64,000 bases of DNA, taken from contig CAVQRT010000002.1 of assembly GCA_963715195.1 (NCBI GenBank), positions 256,001 through 320,000 on the forward strand. Direction: 5' to 3'. Numbering within the stretch: the first letter of the stretch is position 1; every line of letters starts with the position of its first letter. This document shows, one piece after another, positions 10,228 to 20,872 of this stretch. The translations under genes were made by a program, and so were the position numbers. The notes beneath the pieces are model-generated. The model was not told where the DNA came from and searched no databases. It saw nothing but the letters and a program-made list of their open reading frames with translations. Source of the DNA: Thermodesulfovibrionales bacterium. GTDB taxonomy: Bacteria > Nitrospirota > Thermodesulfovibrionia > Thermodesulfovibrionales > SM23-35.

Positions 10228-10809
10228 TCACGGGATTATTACTGGCCCAATGTGTAAAAAATTCCTCAACAGGTCTTTGCCCACCGCAGTAAGGATTGAC
10301 TCCGGATGGAACTGAACACCTTCGAGCACGAACTCCTTGTGTCTCACGCCCATAATCTCATTGGTATCCGTCCATGCAGTAATTTCGAGACAATCCGGGA
10401 GAGTTTCCTTTTTTATCAGAAGCGAGTGATATCTGGTCGCCTCAAAAGGGTTGGGAAGCCCCGCAAAAATCGTTTTCCCGTCATGGAAAATCAGAGATGT
10501 CTTCCCGTGCATGAGTCTCGGAGCCCCGATAATATCCCCTCCAAAGGCTGCACCTATCGATTGATGTCCGAGACATACACCGAGGAGCGGAATTTTTCCT
10601 GCAAAATATTTGATCACGTCCACGGAAATACCTGCCTCCTTTGGAGTGCATGGCCCTGGTGAAATTACGATCCGCTGAGGTTTTAATTGTTCTATTCCCT
10701 TAATCGTAATTCTGTCATTCCTGTATACCTTAATGTCCTCGCCAAGCTCACCAAAATACTGGACGAGATTATAGGTAAAGGAATCATAATTGTCGATCAT
10801 CAACAACAT
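10228..10809 (-). CDS. trpG: anthranilate synthase component II (glutamine amidotransferase)
   Basis: [26 protein letters not shown]. Confidence 0.95.
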   Translation of the reverse strand: MLLMIDNYDSFTYNLVQYFGELGEDIKVYRNDRITIKGIEQLKPQRIVISPGPCTPKEAGISVDVIKYFAGKIPLLGVCLGHQSIGAAFGGDIIGAPRLMHGKTSLIFHDGKTIFAGLPNPFEATRYHSLLIKKETLPDCLEITAWTDTNEIMGVRHKEFVLEGVQFHPESILTAVGKDLLRNFLHIGPVIIP

Positions 10810-10835
10810 AACGCTAAATCCCTAAAATGCATTTA

Positions 10836-10982
10836 AAAAGTGCGGATGTTGCGAAAAAAATATTTTTCGATACCGCAACCTTGAACTGATTGGTTTATGA
10901 ATATTTTTATCCATAGGGCGATGATAGATATTTCAATCAAATCATAGAGTTAAATAATTTTTTGAACAATGTCTGCACTTTT
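10836..10982. mobile_element. MITE-like element, family A, copy 1
   Basis: Imperfect TIRs AAAAGTGCGGATGTT / AATGTCTGCACTTTT; homologous along its length to 46449-46628. Confidence 0.7.
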
Positions 10983-10986
10983 CGGG

Positions 10987-12512
10987 TTACCTTAGTTCTC
11001 TTTCAGCCATGTCAACCGCTTTCATCATGCCCATGGCCTTATTAACGGTTTCTGTATATTCCTTTTCAGGCACCGAATCTGCAACGATACCGGCTCCTGC
11101 CTGAACATACACTTTCTTGCCTTTTATAATCAGTGTCCTGATCGTGATACAGGTATCCATATTGCCTGAATAACTGAGATATCCGACCGCGCCTGCATAA
11201 GGTCCCCGACGGATCGGTTCAAGTTCCTCGATGATTTCCATTGCCCGCACCTTTGGAGCCCCGGTAACGGTTCCCGCAGGGAAACATGCTCCAAGGACAT
11301 CAAAGGCATCCAATCCTTTTTTCAGGGTGCCTTCAATATTGGATACGAGGTGCATAACATGACTGTACCTTTCGACTGCCATCAACTCGGTAACTTTTAC
11401 CGAACCGGTCTCCGCAACCCTTCCCACATCATTCCTCCCGAGATCAACAAGCATGATATGTTCTGCCCGCTCTTTCGGGTCCTTCTGTAGTTCCGCTTCG
11501 AGTGCCCGGTCTTCATCTTCTGTTTCGCCCCGCTTCCGTGTCCCGGCGATAGGCCTTAAGAGAATCTTTTCTCCCTCAAGTCTCACCAGTATCTCGGGAG
11601 ATGAACCGACAAGCTGAGCGTCACCCATATCAAGGTAATACATATAGGGAGAAGGATTGATGACCCGTAACGCCCTGTAGATATTGAACGGATCGATATC
11701 GGACTCTCTCTCGAACCTCTGTGACAGAACAGCCTGAATGATATCTCCTGACACGATATATTCCTTGCACCGCAATACTGCTTCCTCAAACTCATCTTTT
11801 CGGATAAATGAGGATGCATAACCCGAAAATGAAGGATGTTCTATTGAATGCCCGATCGTTGCAAACGACAAATCGCAGCCTATGCTTCCCCTCTTCCTTC
11901 TCCTTGCAGGTCTTGCCTTTTTCAGGGTTGCAATAATCGCCTCTATCTTCTCTTCAGCATCACGATACGCTTCTGTAGGAGTATTATTGTCAAGATATGC
12001 GTTTGAGACAACTTTGATCTTTCCCTTGAGATTATCGAAGATCATAACGGTGTCTGTGCTCATAAGGAACATGTCCGGCAGTCTGAGCCCGGGCTTCTTT
12101 TTCCCGGAATATTCTCAAAAAATCTTACCATGTCATAGCCGATATAGCCGACGAGTCCTCCGTAAAATCTCGGCAGCCCGGACACATCAACGGCATTATA
12201 TGCCTGGATTTCTCTCTTGACGGTCTGGAACGGATTTTCGGTCTTCAGTTTTTGAATGCCGGTTTTTGCATCCTGAATCACTATTTTACTATCCCACCCT
12301 TTGATGATTCGTGAAGGCCGTGAGCCGAGAAATGAGTATCTGGCCCATTTTTCCCCTCCAACCATACTCTCGAGCAAAAATGAAGGCGACCCTCCTAGTT
12401 TCAGGGCTGCTGATACGGGTGTTTCGGTATCAGCAAGAATTTCCCGGTAAACCGGGATGAGATTCCCCTTTGACGAGAGCTCTTTGAAACTTTCTAAATC
12501 AGGATAGAGCAT
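10987..12512 (-). CDS. trpE: anthranilate synthase component I, frameshift at ~12100
   Basis: DTETPVS, FLLES, GGEKWARYSF, then NPSPYM, PIAGTR, FPAGTVTGAPKVRAM. Confidence 0.9.
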
Positions 12513-12513
12513 A

Positions 12514-12543
12514 TTGACAAAATGTGACCTTCCTTTGTACTAT
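12514..12543 (+). promoter_or_regulatory. sigma-70-type promoter for the tRNA-Gly/tRNA-Cys pair
   Basis: TTGACA-N18-TACTAT. Confidence 0.5.
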
Positions 12544-12651
12544 TTTTAATAGTAACGTTCATTATAGCCTATTATTTATCGATAAGTTAAGGGTTAACCG
12601 TTCATGGTTGTTGGTGAAATTTCAACCTTTAACTATTCTATGTGGTAGTAT

Positions 12652-12727
12652 GCGGGAATAGCTCAGTTGGTAGAGCACAACCTTGCCAAGGTTGGGGTCG
12701 CGGGTTCGAACCCCGTTTCCCGCTCCA
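12652..12727 (+). tRNA. tRNA-Gly(GCC)
   Basis: GCGGGAA acceptor stem, anticodon GCC, GTTCGA T-loop, encoded CCA. Confidence 0.97.
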
Positions 12728-12740
12728 AATCCTAATAAAC

Positions 12741-12825
12741 CAGTAGGTAGTAGACAGCAGGTAGTAGATAGGAATAGGATATAACGGTATTTTCCCTGCC
12801 TGTTATCAACCGTCTGCTTCCTACT
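12741..12825. repeat. tandem heptamers (YAGYAGR) followed by an inverted degenerate block
   Basis: CAGTAGG TAGTAGA CAGCAGG TAGTAGA ... CCTGCCT..TCTGCTTCCTACT in the inter-tRNA spacer. Confidence 0.6.
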
Positions 12826-12835
12826 TTTTTACGCG

Positions 12836-12911
12836 GGCGGCGTACCCAAGTGGCTAAGGGAGAGGTCTGCAAAACCTTTATGCAGCGGTTCAAATCCGCT
12901 CGCCGCCTCCA
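12836..12911 (+). tRNA. tRNA-Cys(GCA)
   Basis: GGCGGCG/CGCCGCC acceptor stem, anticodon GCA, U73 discriminator, CCA. Confidence 0.95.
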
Positions 12912-12970
12912 GCAAGAAAAACTGCCTCAGTTTTGATTTATCTTACATGCAGAAATAGACAACAGATATT

Positions 12971-13090
12971 GTATTTGAGCGGTTTTTATTGCCGATAGTC
13001 ATATAAACTAATGAAAAATTGAGAGGCAAAAGACTTGGAGTCCCTATCCCGAATATTTTCGGGATAGGGACCGAGAATGAGCGAAAATAC
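12971..13090. mobile_element. MITE-like element, family B, copy 2
   Basis: GTATTTGAGCGG..TTGCCGATAGTCAT..GAGGCAAAA..GAGAATGAGCGAAAATA shared with 5762-5895; internal hairpin TCCCTATCCCGAA..TTCGGGATAGGGA; followed by TCCGCCGGCGGA. Confidence 0.65.
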
Positions 13091-13117
13091 CGTATCCGCC
13101 GGCGGAAAAAACTTACC

Positions 13118-13528
13118 TTACAACTCCTTGAAGACTTTTGCGAGACTCTCCCCTCCCACATGAATCTTAAATTCATTGAAGTATCCGAAGGGCGTACACA
13201 TAACGGCATATCCTGCATTTTCAAGTTTCGCCGTAGCAGAATATATCATCTCTTCCGAAAATTCAGGAGAGGCCTTGCTCGACGAAAGATGATTGAATGA
13301 GTGGATAACGACATTTTTTGTTTCGAACTTCCCCGCAAGCCATTTTATATTTTTGACCAGCTTATCAAGCAGGCTTTTGCCTTTTTCCTCATCTTCTCTC
13401 TCTGCATGAAAAAAGACGACAACCGTATTGTCCAGTGAACTTTCCCTGTCAACATCATCCACGTGGGGAAGGCTTTTTGAGGCAGTTTTGAACCACCAAT
13501 GATGTGCGTAAAAAAGCAGCAATTTCAT
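13118..13528 (-). CDS. free-standing archaeal-type threonyl-tRNA synthetase editing domain protein
   Basis: MKLLLFYA..VVFFHAE..VVIHSFNHLSSSKA..TPFGYFNEFKIHVGGESLAKVFK matches the archaeal ThrRS N-terminal editing domain. Confidence 0.8.
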   Translation of the reverse strand: MKLLLFYAHHWWFKTASKSLPHVDDVDRESSLDNTVVVFFHAEREDEEKGKSLLDKLVKNIKWLAGKFETKNVVIHSFNHLSSSKASPEFSEEMIYSATAKLENAGYAVMCTPFGYFNEFKIHVGGESLAKVFKEL

Positions 13529-14373
13529 AGGATCTTCTCCCTTGTAATCGCATCGGCGACTTTTGCTACCCTTGCCATCTCCTTCACATCATGCACACGG
13601 ATAATATTTGCACCGTTCATAATGGATATCGCCACTGTTGCCGCAGTTCCTTCCAGTCTCTCTCCGGAGGGCAGATCTCCAAGGATCTTGCCTATGAAAG
13701 CCTTTCTTGATGCACCTATCAGAACCGGTTTTTCAAGAAGGGTAAATTCACGGAGGTTGTGAATAATATTGAGATTCTGTTCAAATGTTTTGCCAAAGCC
13801 GATCCCTGGGTCTATGATGATCATTTTCTCTGCTGCCCCTGCCTCTGAGGCGATCCGTATGCTATCTCTCAGATAATCCAGTATCTCGGGTATAAGAGCC
13901 TCATACAAAGGATTTTTCTGCATGTCCTTTGGTTTGCCTTTGAGGTGCATGATAACCACGGGGACTTTATATGCTGAAACAACCCTTTTCATCTCAGGGT
14001 CGTGTCTCAGCCCGCTGATATCATTGACCATGGATGCCCCTGCATCGAGTGCCCTTTTCGCGACTTCGGCCTTGTACGTATCAATGGATATCGGAATAGC
14101 AAGCTCTCTTGCTATTGTCTCGATGACAGGGATAGTACGCCTCAGCTCTTCTTCAACAGGGACAGGTTCTGAACCTGGCCTCGTCGATTCTCCGCCGATA
14201 TCAATGATATCAGCCCCGTCTTCAGCCATGCGGAGGGCCTGTTTTATTGCAGCAGATTCATTGGAAAAGAGCCCGCCGTCAGAAAAGGAATCCGGGGTAA
14301 CATTGAGGATTCCCATGATATAGGTTTTTTTTGAAAAGTCGAAGGAAAAGTCTCTCCATACCAGTTTCATCAT
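13525..14373 (-). CDS. folP: dihydropteroate synthase
   Basis: MGILNVTPDSFSDGG, IGGESTRPG, DPGIGFGK, SRKAFIG. Confidence 0.96.
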   Translation of the reverse strand: MMKLVWRDFSFDFSKKTYIMGILNVTPDSFSDGGLFSNESAAIKQALRMAEDGADIIDIGGESTRPGSEPVPVEEELRRTIPVIETIARELAIPISIDTYKAEVAKRALDAGASMVNDISGLRHDPEMKRVVSAYKVPVVIMHLKGKPKDMQKNPLYEALIPEILDYLRDSIRIASEAGAAEKMIIIDPGIGFGKTFEQNLNIIHNLREFTLLEKPVLIGASRKAFIGKILGDLPSGERLEGTAATVAISIMNGANIIRVHDVKEMARVAKVADAITREKIL

Positions 14374-14616
14374 TTATTGTATAACAATTTATCCAGCGGA
14401 CTTGTGACATCCATACTATTCTTGCGGCAACATGGGTGTAGATCATTGTCGTCTGAAGATTTGAGCGCCCCCTGAAGTTTTTGGAATGTTCTGATGTCGC
14501 ACCCATTCTCCCATAGATGAATTGCAAAAATATGCCTTAATGCATAAACAGACTCCTCCTGTACCGGGCGCGGACTGCGCCCAATCCGTTGTCAATATTT
14601 TTCATCGAGACATGGC
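14370..14616 (-). pseudogene. intI: integron-integrase-like tyrosine recombinase, C-terminal remnant
   Basis: Read across frameshifts it gives SVYALRHIFAIHLWENGCDIRTFQKLQG/RSNLQTTMIYTHVA/KNSMDVTSPLDK, a degenerate HTLRHSFATHLLE.GYDIRTVQELLGH..V.TTMIYTHV...V.SPLD. Confidence 0.75.
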
Positions 14617-14764
14617 GGGAATGGTATAGAATAGCATTTAGCGCCCGATTCTGGGTATAATCAAAAAATATTAATACGGGCGGAGCAATGGCTTTGAGCA
14701 GGACACTCATTACCCTATCCTTGATTCACACTTCTCAAGCCGACGTTAGGCAAAAATCATATCA

Positions 14765-15520
14765 ATGCCCATGAGCGGAATTCTATCGAAATCAAAAAGC
14801 TTCATTCGAAACTTTCGGCGGCGCTCGAAGCAGGACATGCAGTCAATTCCTAATGAAGCTGTTAATTTCAACAAACAGGTTATTTTTATCGCAGTGCCCA
14901 AAACTGGGACGACGACTGTGCGGAGTCAACTTCGGGAAAAAGGCACCCCATTGATCCCAAATCCTCATTTAAACATCATGCAAGTGCGAGATACACTTTA
15001 TGTCTACTTTCTTAAATGTGTCTTGGGGCGAAATACCAATTTCCCCACTGAATCGGTTCCTGAAGACTCGGGAATTCGCGCACGTGTTCAGGAGGTATTC
15101 GATACGTTCTTCAAGTTCTCCGCTGTTCGGAATCCTTGGGCTCGTGCAGTTTCATTATTCTTCAGACGTGAGGGACTCCAGATAAAGAACAGAATGTCTT
15201 TCGAAGATTTCTGCCACAATCACCTTTATGCCAGTGACACTTGTCGTCAGCCAACGTTACACAAAAATCAGATAGATTGGCTTTGCGACGAAAGCGGGCG
15301 TTGTATCATGGACTATGTGTATAAAGTAGAAAATTTTGAGTTAGCAATAAAAGAGATTGAAGAGCGAACTGAGGGTCGCCTTCGACTTGTCAACAGAGCT
15401 AAAAACATAAATCCGAACTCTCCGTCAAAAAAATACAGAGAACTTTACTCGGATAGAACGCGAAAGATCATTGCAAAAAGATTTCAAAAAGACATCGATT
15501 ACTTCAAATATACTTTCTAA
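14765..15520 (+). CDS. sulfotransferase family 2 protein (cassette-like)
   Basis: FIAVPKTGTTTV (5'-PSB) and FSAVRNPWARAVSLF (3'-PB); preceded by a GTTAGGC core site at 14745-14751. Confidence 0.8.
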   Translation: MPMSGILSKSKSFIRNFRRRSKQDMQSIPNEAVNFNKQVIFIAVPKTGTTTVRSQLREKGTPLIPNPHLNIMQVRDTLYVYFLKCVLGRNTNFPTESVPEDSGIRARVQEVFDTFFKFSAVRNPWARAVSLFFRREGLQIKNRMSFEDFCHNHLYASDTCRQPTLHKNQIDWLCDESGRCIMDYVYKVENFELAIKEIEERTEGRLRLVNRAKNINPNSPSKKYRELYSDRTRKIIAKRFQKDIDYFKYTF

Positions 15521-15612
15521 GGAACCCCTACATTAAAGATAGCCATAGACGTTTATGGGGATTGTGAGCAAACAATGAAATATAAGGTTATCGTTAGGTC
15601 CCCAATATGACG

Positions 15613-17430
15613 TCAAACCTGGACTGCCCCTTTTGACTGAGCTTCCTGGACAAGTGCATCTATTTCAGGGCCATCCATAGTCTCCTTCTCAAGGAGCGCT
15701 CTTGCAAAAGTCTCAAGTATATCCCTGTTTTCTATTAACAGATTTTTTGACGTATCATACGCTTCGATAACGATCCTCTTCACCTCATCATCTATGTCAA
15801 TAGCTGTTTTTTCACTGTAATCCTTATGCCTGGCTATTTCCCTCCCGAGAAAAATCTGCTCATCCTTTTTGCCAAAGGTGAGTGGTCCGAGCTTTTCGGA
15901 CATGCCCCATTCGGTAACCATCTTTCTGGCAAGGTCCGTCGCTCGCTCAAGGTCATTCCCGGCACCCGTAGTCATATGGTTTAAGGCGATCTCTTCAGCC
16001 GCCCTTCCCCCAAGCAGAACCGAAAGGGCCTTCAGAAGATAGTCTTTGGAGTAGGTGTACTTATCGTCTAACGGAAGCTGCTGTGTTACTCCCAATGCCC
16101 TTCCTCTCGGAATAATGCTCACCTTGTGGAGCGGGTCAGTGCCGGGAGTCAGCTTTGCAACAAGTGCATGACCTGCCTCATGATACGCTGTATTCTTTTT
16201 CTCTTCTTCACTAATGATCATGCTCTTTCTCTCAACACCCATCAGCACCTTGTCCTTTGCTGCTTCAAAATCGGATTTTTCGACTTTTGTCTTTGCCTTT
16301 CTCGCAGCGAGCAGGGCAGCTTCATTGACGAGATTCTCAAGATCGGCACCGGAAAAACCGGGGGTCCCCCTGGCGATCTCCTCGAGGTTCACCCTTTCGT
16401 CAACCGGGATATTTCTCGTATGCACTTTGAGTATCTCCAGTCTCCCTTTCACATCCGGCTGAGGGACAATGACCTGCCGGTCAAATCTCCCGGGTCTCAG
16501 GAGGGCAGGGTCAAGGACATCGGGCCTGTTTGTGGCGGCAATGATGATAACCCCCTGATTTGCCTCAAACCCGTCCATCTCGACAAGAAGCTGATTCAGG
16601 GTCTGTTCACGCTCATCATGACCTCCGCCAAGCCCGGCGCCCCTGTGTCGCCCAACAGCATCTATTTCGTCGATAAAGATGATGCAGGGTGCATTTTTCT
16701 TTGCCTGGTCAAAAAGGTCTCTCACCCGTGATGCCCCGACCCCGACAAACATCTCCACGAAATCCGAGCCTGATATCGAAAAAAACGGGACACCGGCTTC
16801 ACCGGCAATAGCCCGTGCGAGAAGGGTTTTCCCTGTGCCGGGTGCCCCGACCAGCAGGACGCCCTTGGGTATCTTGCCGCCGAGTTTCTGGAATTTCTGG
16901 GGATCCTTCAGAAAATCGATAATCTCCTGCACTTCCCCCTTCGCCTCTTCTATGCCCGCAACATCGGCAAATGTTATCTTTACGGACTTTTCCGAAATCA
17001 TCTTCGCCTTCGCCTTCCCGAAGGAGAGCGCCTTGTTGCCGCCTGTCTGCATCTGCCTCATGAAGAATATCCAGATGACAACAAGAAATATAATCGGACC
17101 CCATGAAAAGAAGAGATTCCAGTACCAGGGGTTCTGCTCTTCGGGTTGAACGGTTATTTTCACATTCTGACCCCGCAAGGTCTGAACCATGTCCGGATAT
17201 TCTGCAGCGTAGGTTTTGAATTTTTTCCCGTCTTTGAGCTGACCGGTTATGACGTCGCCCTTCATGACAACCTCTTCAACTTCACCGGCATCGAGCTTCC
17301 CCATAAATTCAGAGAATATCATCTCCTGTTCGCCTTTTTTCGGCGTACTGAGGATATTGAAAAGGAGAATCATCATAACCCCGATCAGGAGCCAGACTAA
17401 TAAGCCTCTGTAAGCATTCAATCGGTTCAT
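15613..17430 (-). CDS. ftsH: ATP-dependent zinc metalloprotease FtsH
   Basis: Two TM helices, [36 protein letters not shown]. Confidence 0.98.
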   Translation of the reverse strand: MNRLNAYRGLLVWLLIGVMMILLFNILSTPKKGEQEMIFSEFMGKLDAGEVEEVVMKGDVITGQLKDGKKFKTYAAEYPDMVQTLRGQNVKITVQPEEQNPWYWNLFFSWGPIIFLVVIWIFFMRQMQTGGNKALSFGKAKAKMISEKSVKITFADVAGIEEAKGEVQEIIDFLKDPQKFQKLGGKIPKGVLLVGAPGTGKTLLARAIAGEAGVPFFSISGSDFVEMFVGVGASRVRDLFDQAKKNAPCIIFIDEIDAVGRHRGAGLGGGHDEREQTLNQLLVEMDGFEANQGVIIIAATNRPDVLDPALLRPGRFDRQVIVPQPDVKGRLEILKVHTRNIPVDERVNLEEIARGTPGFSGADLENLVNEAALLAARKAKTKVEKSDFEAAKDKVLMGVERKSMIISEEEKKNTAYHEAGHALVAKLTPGTDPLHKVSIIPRGRALGVTQQLPLDDKYTYSKDYLLKALSVLLGGRAAEEIALNHMTTGAGNDLERATDLARKMVTEWGMSEKLGPLTFGKKDEQIFLGREIARHKDYSEKTAIDIDDEVKRIVIEAYDTSKNLLIENRDILETFARALLEKETMDGPEIDALVQEAQSKGAVQV

Positions 17431-17549
17431 AGCGAATGTAATTCTTTACGTTCCATAAAAGTTCATTGGCAAAATCAACCCCCTTACCCTATCTCATAAC
17501 TTCGGGATAAAAAGGCATGCTTAATATTTTAGCATATTGGGAACCTTTT

Positions 17550-18281
17550 TCAGAAACTGATCATCTCTTCTTCAATATGGAGTTTCTGGATCTTTATCAG
17601 GTTGTTGATACCCTTTTCAGCGAGGTCAATAAGCATGTTGAGCGTGTCTTTCGAAAAAGGAACCCCTTCTGCAGTACCCTGTATTTCAACAAATCGGCCA
17701 TCACCTGTCATGACGACGTTCATGTCAACCTCCGCAATTGAGTCTTCCGAATAACAGAGATCAACCATGGGATTGCCGCGCACAACACCGACGCTGACAG
17801 CCGCAAGATAGTCTCTCAACGGTGATTTTTGGATGAGACCGTTCCTTACGGCATACTTCAGTGCATCCGCCAAGCATATGAAAGCACCGGTGATGGATGC
17901 TGTCCTCGTACCTCCGTCCGCCTGCATAACATCGCAGTCCACCCAGATCGTTCTCTCCCCTATTCCGGAGAGATCAACCACTGAGCGGAGAGCCCTTCCG
18001 ATAAGCCGCTGTATTTCATGAGTCCGGCCGCTGATCTTGCCGGTTGTGGATTCCCTGAGAGTTCTCGTGTGTGTGGCCCTCGGAAGCATGGAATATTCAG
18101 CGGTTACCCAACCTCTCTTCTGATCCTTTAAAAAGTGGGGGACCTTTTCTTCAATGGTAGCTGTACATATTACCCGTGTATTGCCGATAGAAATCAGCAC
18201 TGACCCCTCCGCATTTTCTATAAAATCACGCTGAATCTTGACGCTCCGGATCTCGTTTTCCTTCCTGCCATCAGGTCTCAT
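17550..18281 (-). CDS. rph: ribonuclease PH
   Basis: [34 protein letters not shown]. Confidence 0.97.
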   Translation of the reverse strand: MRPDGRKENEIRSVKIQRDFIENAEGSVLISIGNTRVICTATIEEKVPHFLKDQKRGWVTAEYSMLPRATHTRTLRESTTGKISGRTHEIQRLIGRALRSVVDLSGIGERTIWVDCDVMQADGGTRTASITGAFICLADALKYAVRNGLIQKSPLRDYLAAVSVGVVRGNPMVDLCYSEDSIAEVDMNVVMTGDGRFVEIQGTAEGVPFSKDTLNMLIDLAEKGINNLIKIQKLHIEEEMISF

Positions 18282-18293
18282 TCACCCTCCATT

Positions 18294-19109
18294 CTAATGC
18301 CCCACGATAATCTTCTCAATGTGTTCGATCTGTTGTCCCAGAAAGTGCTCTCCGACTTTCACAAATCTCTCAGGGGAGTCGGTCACATAATATTCCCTGA
18401 AAGAAGGACTTTTCCTGTCCCGTTTCATCCCCAGTTTTTCAAGAATGATTCTGATTTCCTGAGAAATCTCTATCGCTGAGTCAATGAGCCGGACCCCCGC
18501 TCCCATCTCTTCGGCAATCACGTTTTTCAACAGGGGATAGTGGGTACAGCCGAGGACGACCGTATCAATATTCCTGTTTTGCAGGCCCGAAAGATACTTT
18601 TCCGCAACCATAGCCGCAATGTGTCCTTCTGTCCATCCTTCTTCAACGAGAGGTACAAATAAAGGACACGCGAGACCGACAACCTCGATGCTTTCATCTA
18701 GGGCCTGTATGGCTCTTGCGTATGCACTGCTATTTATGGTCGCTTCTGTCCCTATCACACCAATCTTTTTGCTCTTTGTAGCCGCAACAGCAGCCTTTGC
18801 CCCCGGTTCTATCACCCCCACAACAGGGATGGAAACCCTGCTTTTGACTGCACCGAGGCCCACTGATGATGCGGTATTACAGGCAACGACAAGTATTTTG
18901 ATATCTTTGAATGATAAAAATTTCGTATTTTCGAAAGAATAGCGGATAACGGTTTCGGGTGAGCGAATCCCGTAAGGGACCCGCGCAGTATCTCCGAGAT
19001 AAATGGTGTTCTCATCCGGCAGCACCCTCAAGATTTCTTTCAGAACGGTGAGTCCACCGATACCGGAATCAAAAATGCCGATTGGCCGGTTCCTGATATC
19101 ATTGCTCAT
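18294..19109 (-). CDS. murI: glutamate racemase
   Basis: FDSGIGGL, VACNTAS, LGCTHYP. Confidence 0.97.
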   Translation of the reverse strand: MSNDIRNRPIGIFDSGIGGLTVLKEILRVLPDENTIYLGDTARVPYGIRSPETVIRYSFENTKFLSFKDIKILVVACNTASSVGLGAVKSRVSIPVVGVIEPGAKAAVAATKSKKIGVIGTEATINSSAYARAIQALDESIEVVGLACPLFVPLVEEGWTEGHIAAMVAEKYLSGLQNRNIDTVVLGCTHYPLLKNVIAEEMGAGVRLIDSAIEISQEIRIILEKLGMKRDRKSPSFREYYVTDSPERFVKVGEHFLGQQIEHIEKIIVGH

Positions 19110-19665
19110 ACGAAATCATATCCTTTAATGGGTAGAGGAGAAAGAGATGTCCACCCAGCGTCTCAACTTCCTGCCCCTCGATAAGGACTTTTACATCGCG
19201 TAAGTCTTGCACATTGGAAATCAGACTTTCGTATAAACCTTTCAGCAGGAGGAATTCTGCAAAAGCGTCGCCCTGGAAATTTCTCCTGAACTCATCGGAA
19301 AGGTCAAGGTAAAGCACTCCGTCTGTTCCTTCATAGGCACCGAGAAGTCTTGCTCCTGCTGGCAAGTATTGTATTCCCGGTGGTGTAGCAGCAGGCCCTT
19401 TGAGATATTGATCAACAGTAGCTTCAGCAATAGCGGTCGATCCCCTTTCCCTCGGGGCCTTTCTTTCTTCCATCCGGAGTTGAACCCCCACGGGATAATA
19501 CACCCTCAGCGACAACAGGTCCTCACCCTGTGGAGTTGTTGCTGATTTTTCCGGGGCAGCTTTTTCCTGAGAACCCATTTTTGAAAAATAAAGATAACCG
19601 GCGGTAACACCTCCGGTGAAAAGGAGCACGAGGAGAATGATTCCTGATGTCTTCTTAATATTCAT
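19099..19665 (-). CDS. GerMN domain protein
   Basis: N-terminal TM helix, LKGP, LYLDLS, VKVLIEGQEVETLGGH; typical amidase-GerMN-murI-rph context. Confidence 0.75.
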   Translation of the reverse strand: MNIKKTSGIILLVLLFTGGVTAGYLYFSKMGSQEKAAPEKSATTPQGEDLLSLRVYYPVGVQLRMEERKAPRERGSTAIAEATVDQYLKGPAATPPGIQYLPAGARLLGAYEGTDGVLYLDLSDEFRRNFQGDAFAEFLLLKGLYESLISNVQDLRDVKVLIEGQEVETLGGHLFLLYPLKDMISYEQ

Positions 19666-19697
19666 AGAGCAATTTTTCAGCTGATGAACATGGATTT

Positions 19698-20660
19698 TCA
19701 AAGGCCATATACTGTTATTCCGTTGATGATTGCCTGAATCAGTCTCGTCTTCATTCCCTGATCGTATGAGACAATTCTGGGGGATGGATATTCGAGGAAA
19801 ACAGAAGGTGCGCTGACAGAATGAAGAAGAGGAAGTGGCATCCTCCTGCGGATAACCTCGTCCTTGAACTCATCCTTAATCGCCTTTTCGATGCTGTCCG
19901 ACAACATCTTGCTTCTGCCGGCGTATGTTTTCTGGCTTGAAGCAACACGATAGTCATCTGAGCCTTGTTCATCAAAAAGGGGGTCATAAAGAACAAAATT
20001 CCCTGACATTGAAGCGTGCAGGCTGATGAAGATATCCGGTGTCTTCTGATTCACGAATTGAATTCTGTCAAAAATCGAGACATACAGATCTGCCCTGCGG
20101 ATGAGAAAAACTTTTTTGCCTTTGCTCTTTAACGTTGTCCCCAACTCTCTTGCAAGCGCCAGATTGATATCTTTTTCGTTCAGACTGCCATAGCTCAGTC
20201 CAAAGTCATAGCCACCGTGCCCGGCATCAATCACAATTTTGCCTGTGCGGGCTGCGGGAGGTTGTTGGCCGGGTAGCATATCTGTCTGATTCCCATCTTG
20301 AGATTCCTTTCCATGGATATCTATGACGAGTCTTGCAGGAGCAGAAAGCCTGAAGAACTTAATCTCACTTTTTTCCTGAAGGTTTATCACCACCATCTTT
20401 TCTGAGGGTATGATTTCAAAAGGCAGCTGTTTCCTGGACCTCAGATCAAAGGGCTCCGGGAATTCCATCCTGATCTGCGATGATGATGTCGTAACCTTGA
20501 TTTTGTTAATGAAGACTTCCTCGCCCTCGAATACAATGCGAAGCACGCCACCCTCTTTATTGAATTTAAGCAGTACCGACTTCTTTTTCTGAGCGGCAAG
20601 TGGAGCTGCAAGAAGCAATGATATGGCTATGAGAAGAGCAAGTATCCTATTCATAAACAA
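19698..20660 (-). CDS. N-acetylmuramoyl-L-alanine amidase (Amidase_3)
   Basis: Signal peptide; IDAGHGG, EKDINL, FISLHA, SVFLE. Confidence 0.85.
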   Translation of the reverse strand: MFMNRILALLIAISLLLAAPLAAQKKKSVLLKFNKEGGVLRIVFEGEEVFINKIKVTTSSSQIRMEFPEPFDLRSRKQLPFEIIPSEKMVVINLQEKSEIKFFRLSAPARLVIDIHGKESQDGNQTDMLPGQQPPAARTGKIVIDAGHGGYDFGLSYGSLNEKDINLALARELGTTLKSKGKKVFLIRRADLYVSIFDRIQFVNQKTPDIFISLHASMSGNFVLYDPLFDEQGSDDYRVASSQKTYAGRSKMLSDSIEKAIKDEFKDEVIRRRMPLPLLHSVSAPSVFLEYPSPRIVSYDQGMKTRLIQAIINGITVYGL

Positions 20661-20872
20661 AAAAACTCCTTATCCCCTTTCATATACAGGTACTCGATTA
20701 TAATATCAGAAAAAGCCGGCAAGAACAGAATCTTTTACCTGAATCAGGCGGGAGACAACAGGGAAGAAATTTCGAGCCGATCCTCTGATTCAGCCCCATC
20801 ATTTGGCATCGATTCCTATTTGAGGCAACGGGATGGGTAGTTCCGACTTCTCAAACGGCAAGCAGCATCGCA

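Noticed and set aside
9211..12512. Programmed frameshifting or decay of the trp operon
   Set aside because: There are no consistent slippery motifs, and the same 1-bp lesions occur in unrelated genes, which points to assembly error.
12836..12911. tRNA-Cys as the UGA decoder or tRNA-Sec
   Set aside because: It is a standard 76-nt tRNA with a GCA anticodon and no long variable arm.
15515..15604. Canonical attC after the sulfotransferase
   Set aside because: No clear RYYYAAC inverse core pairs with the GTTAGGT; at best it is degenerate.
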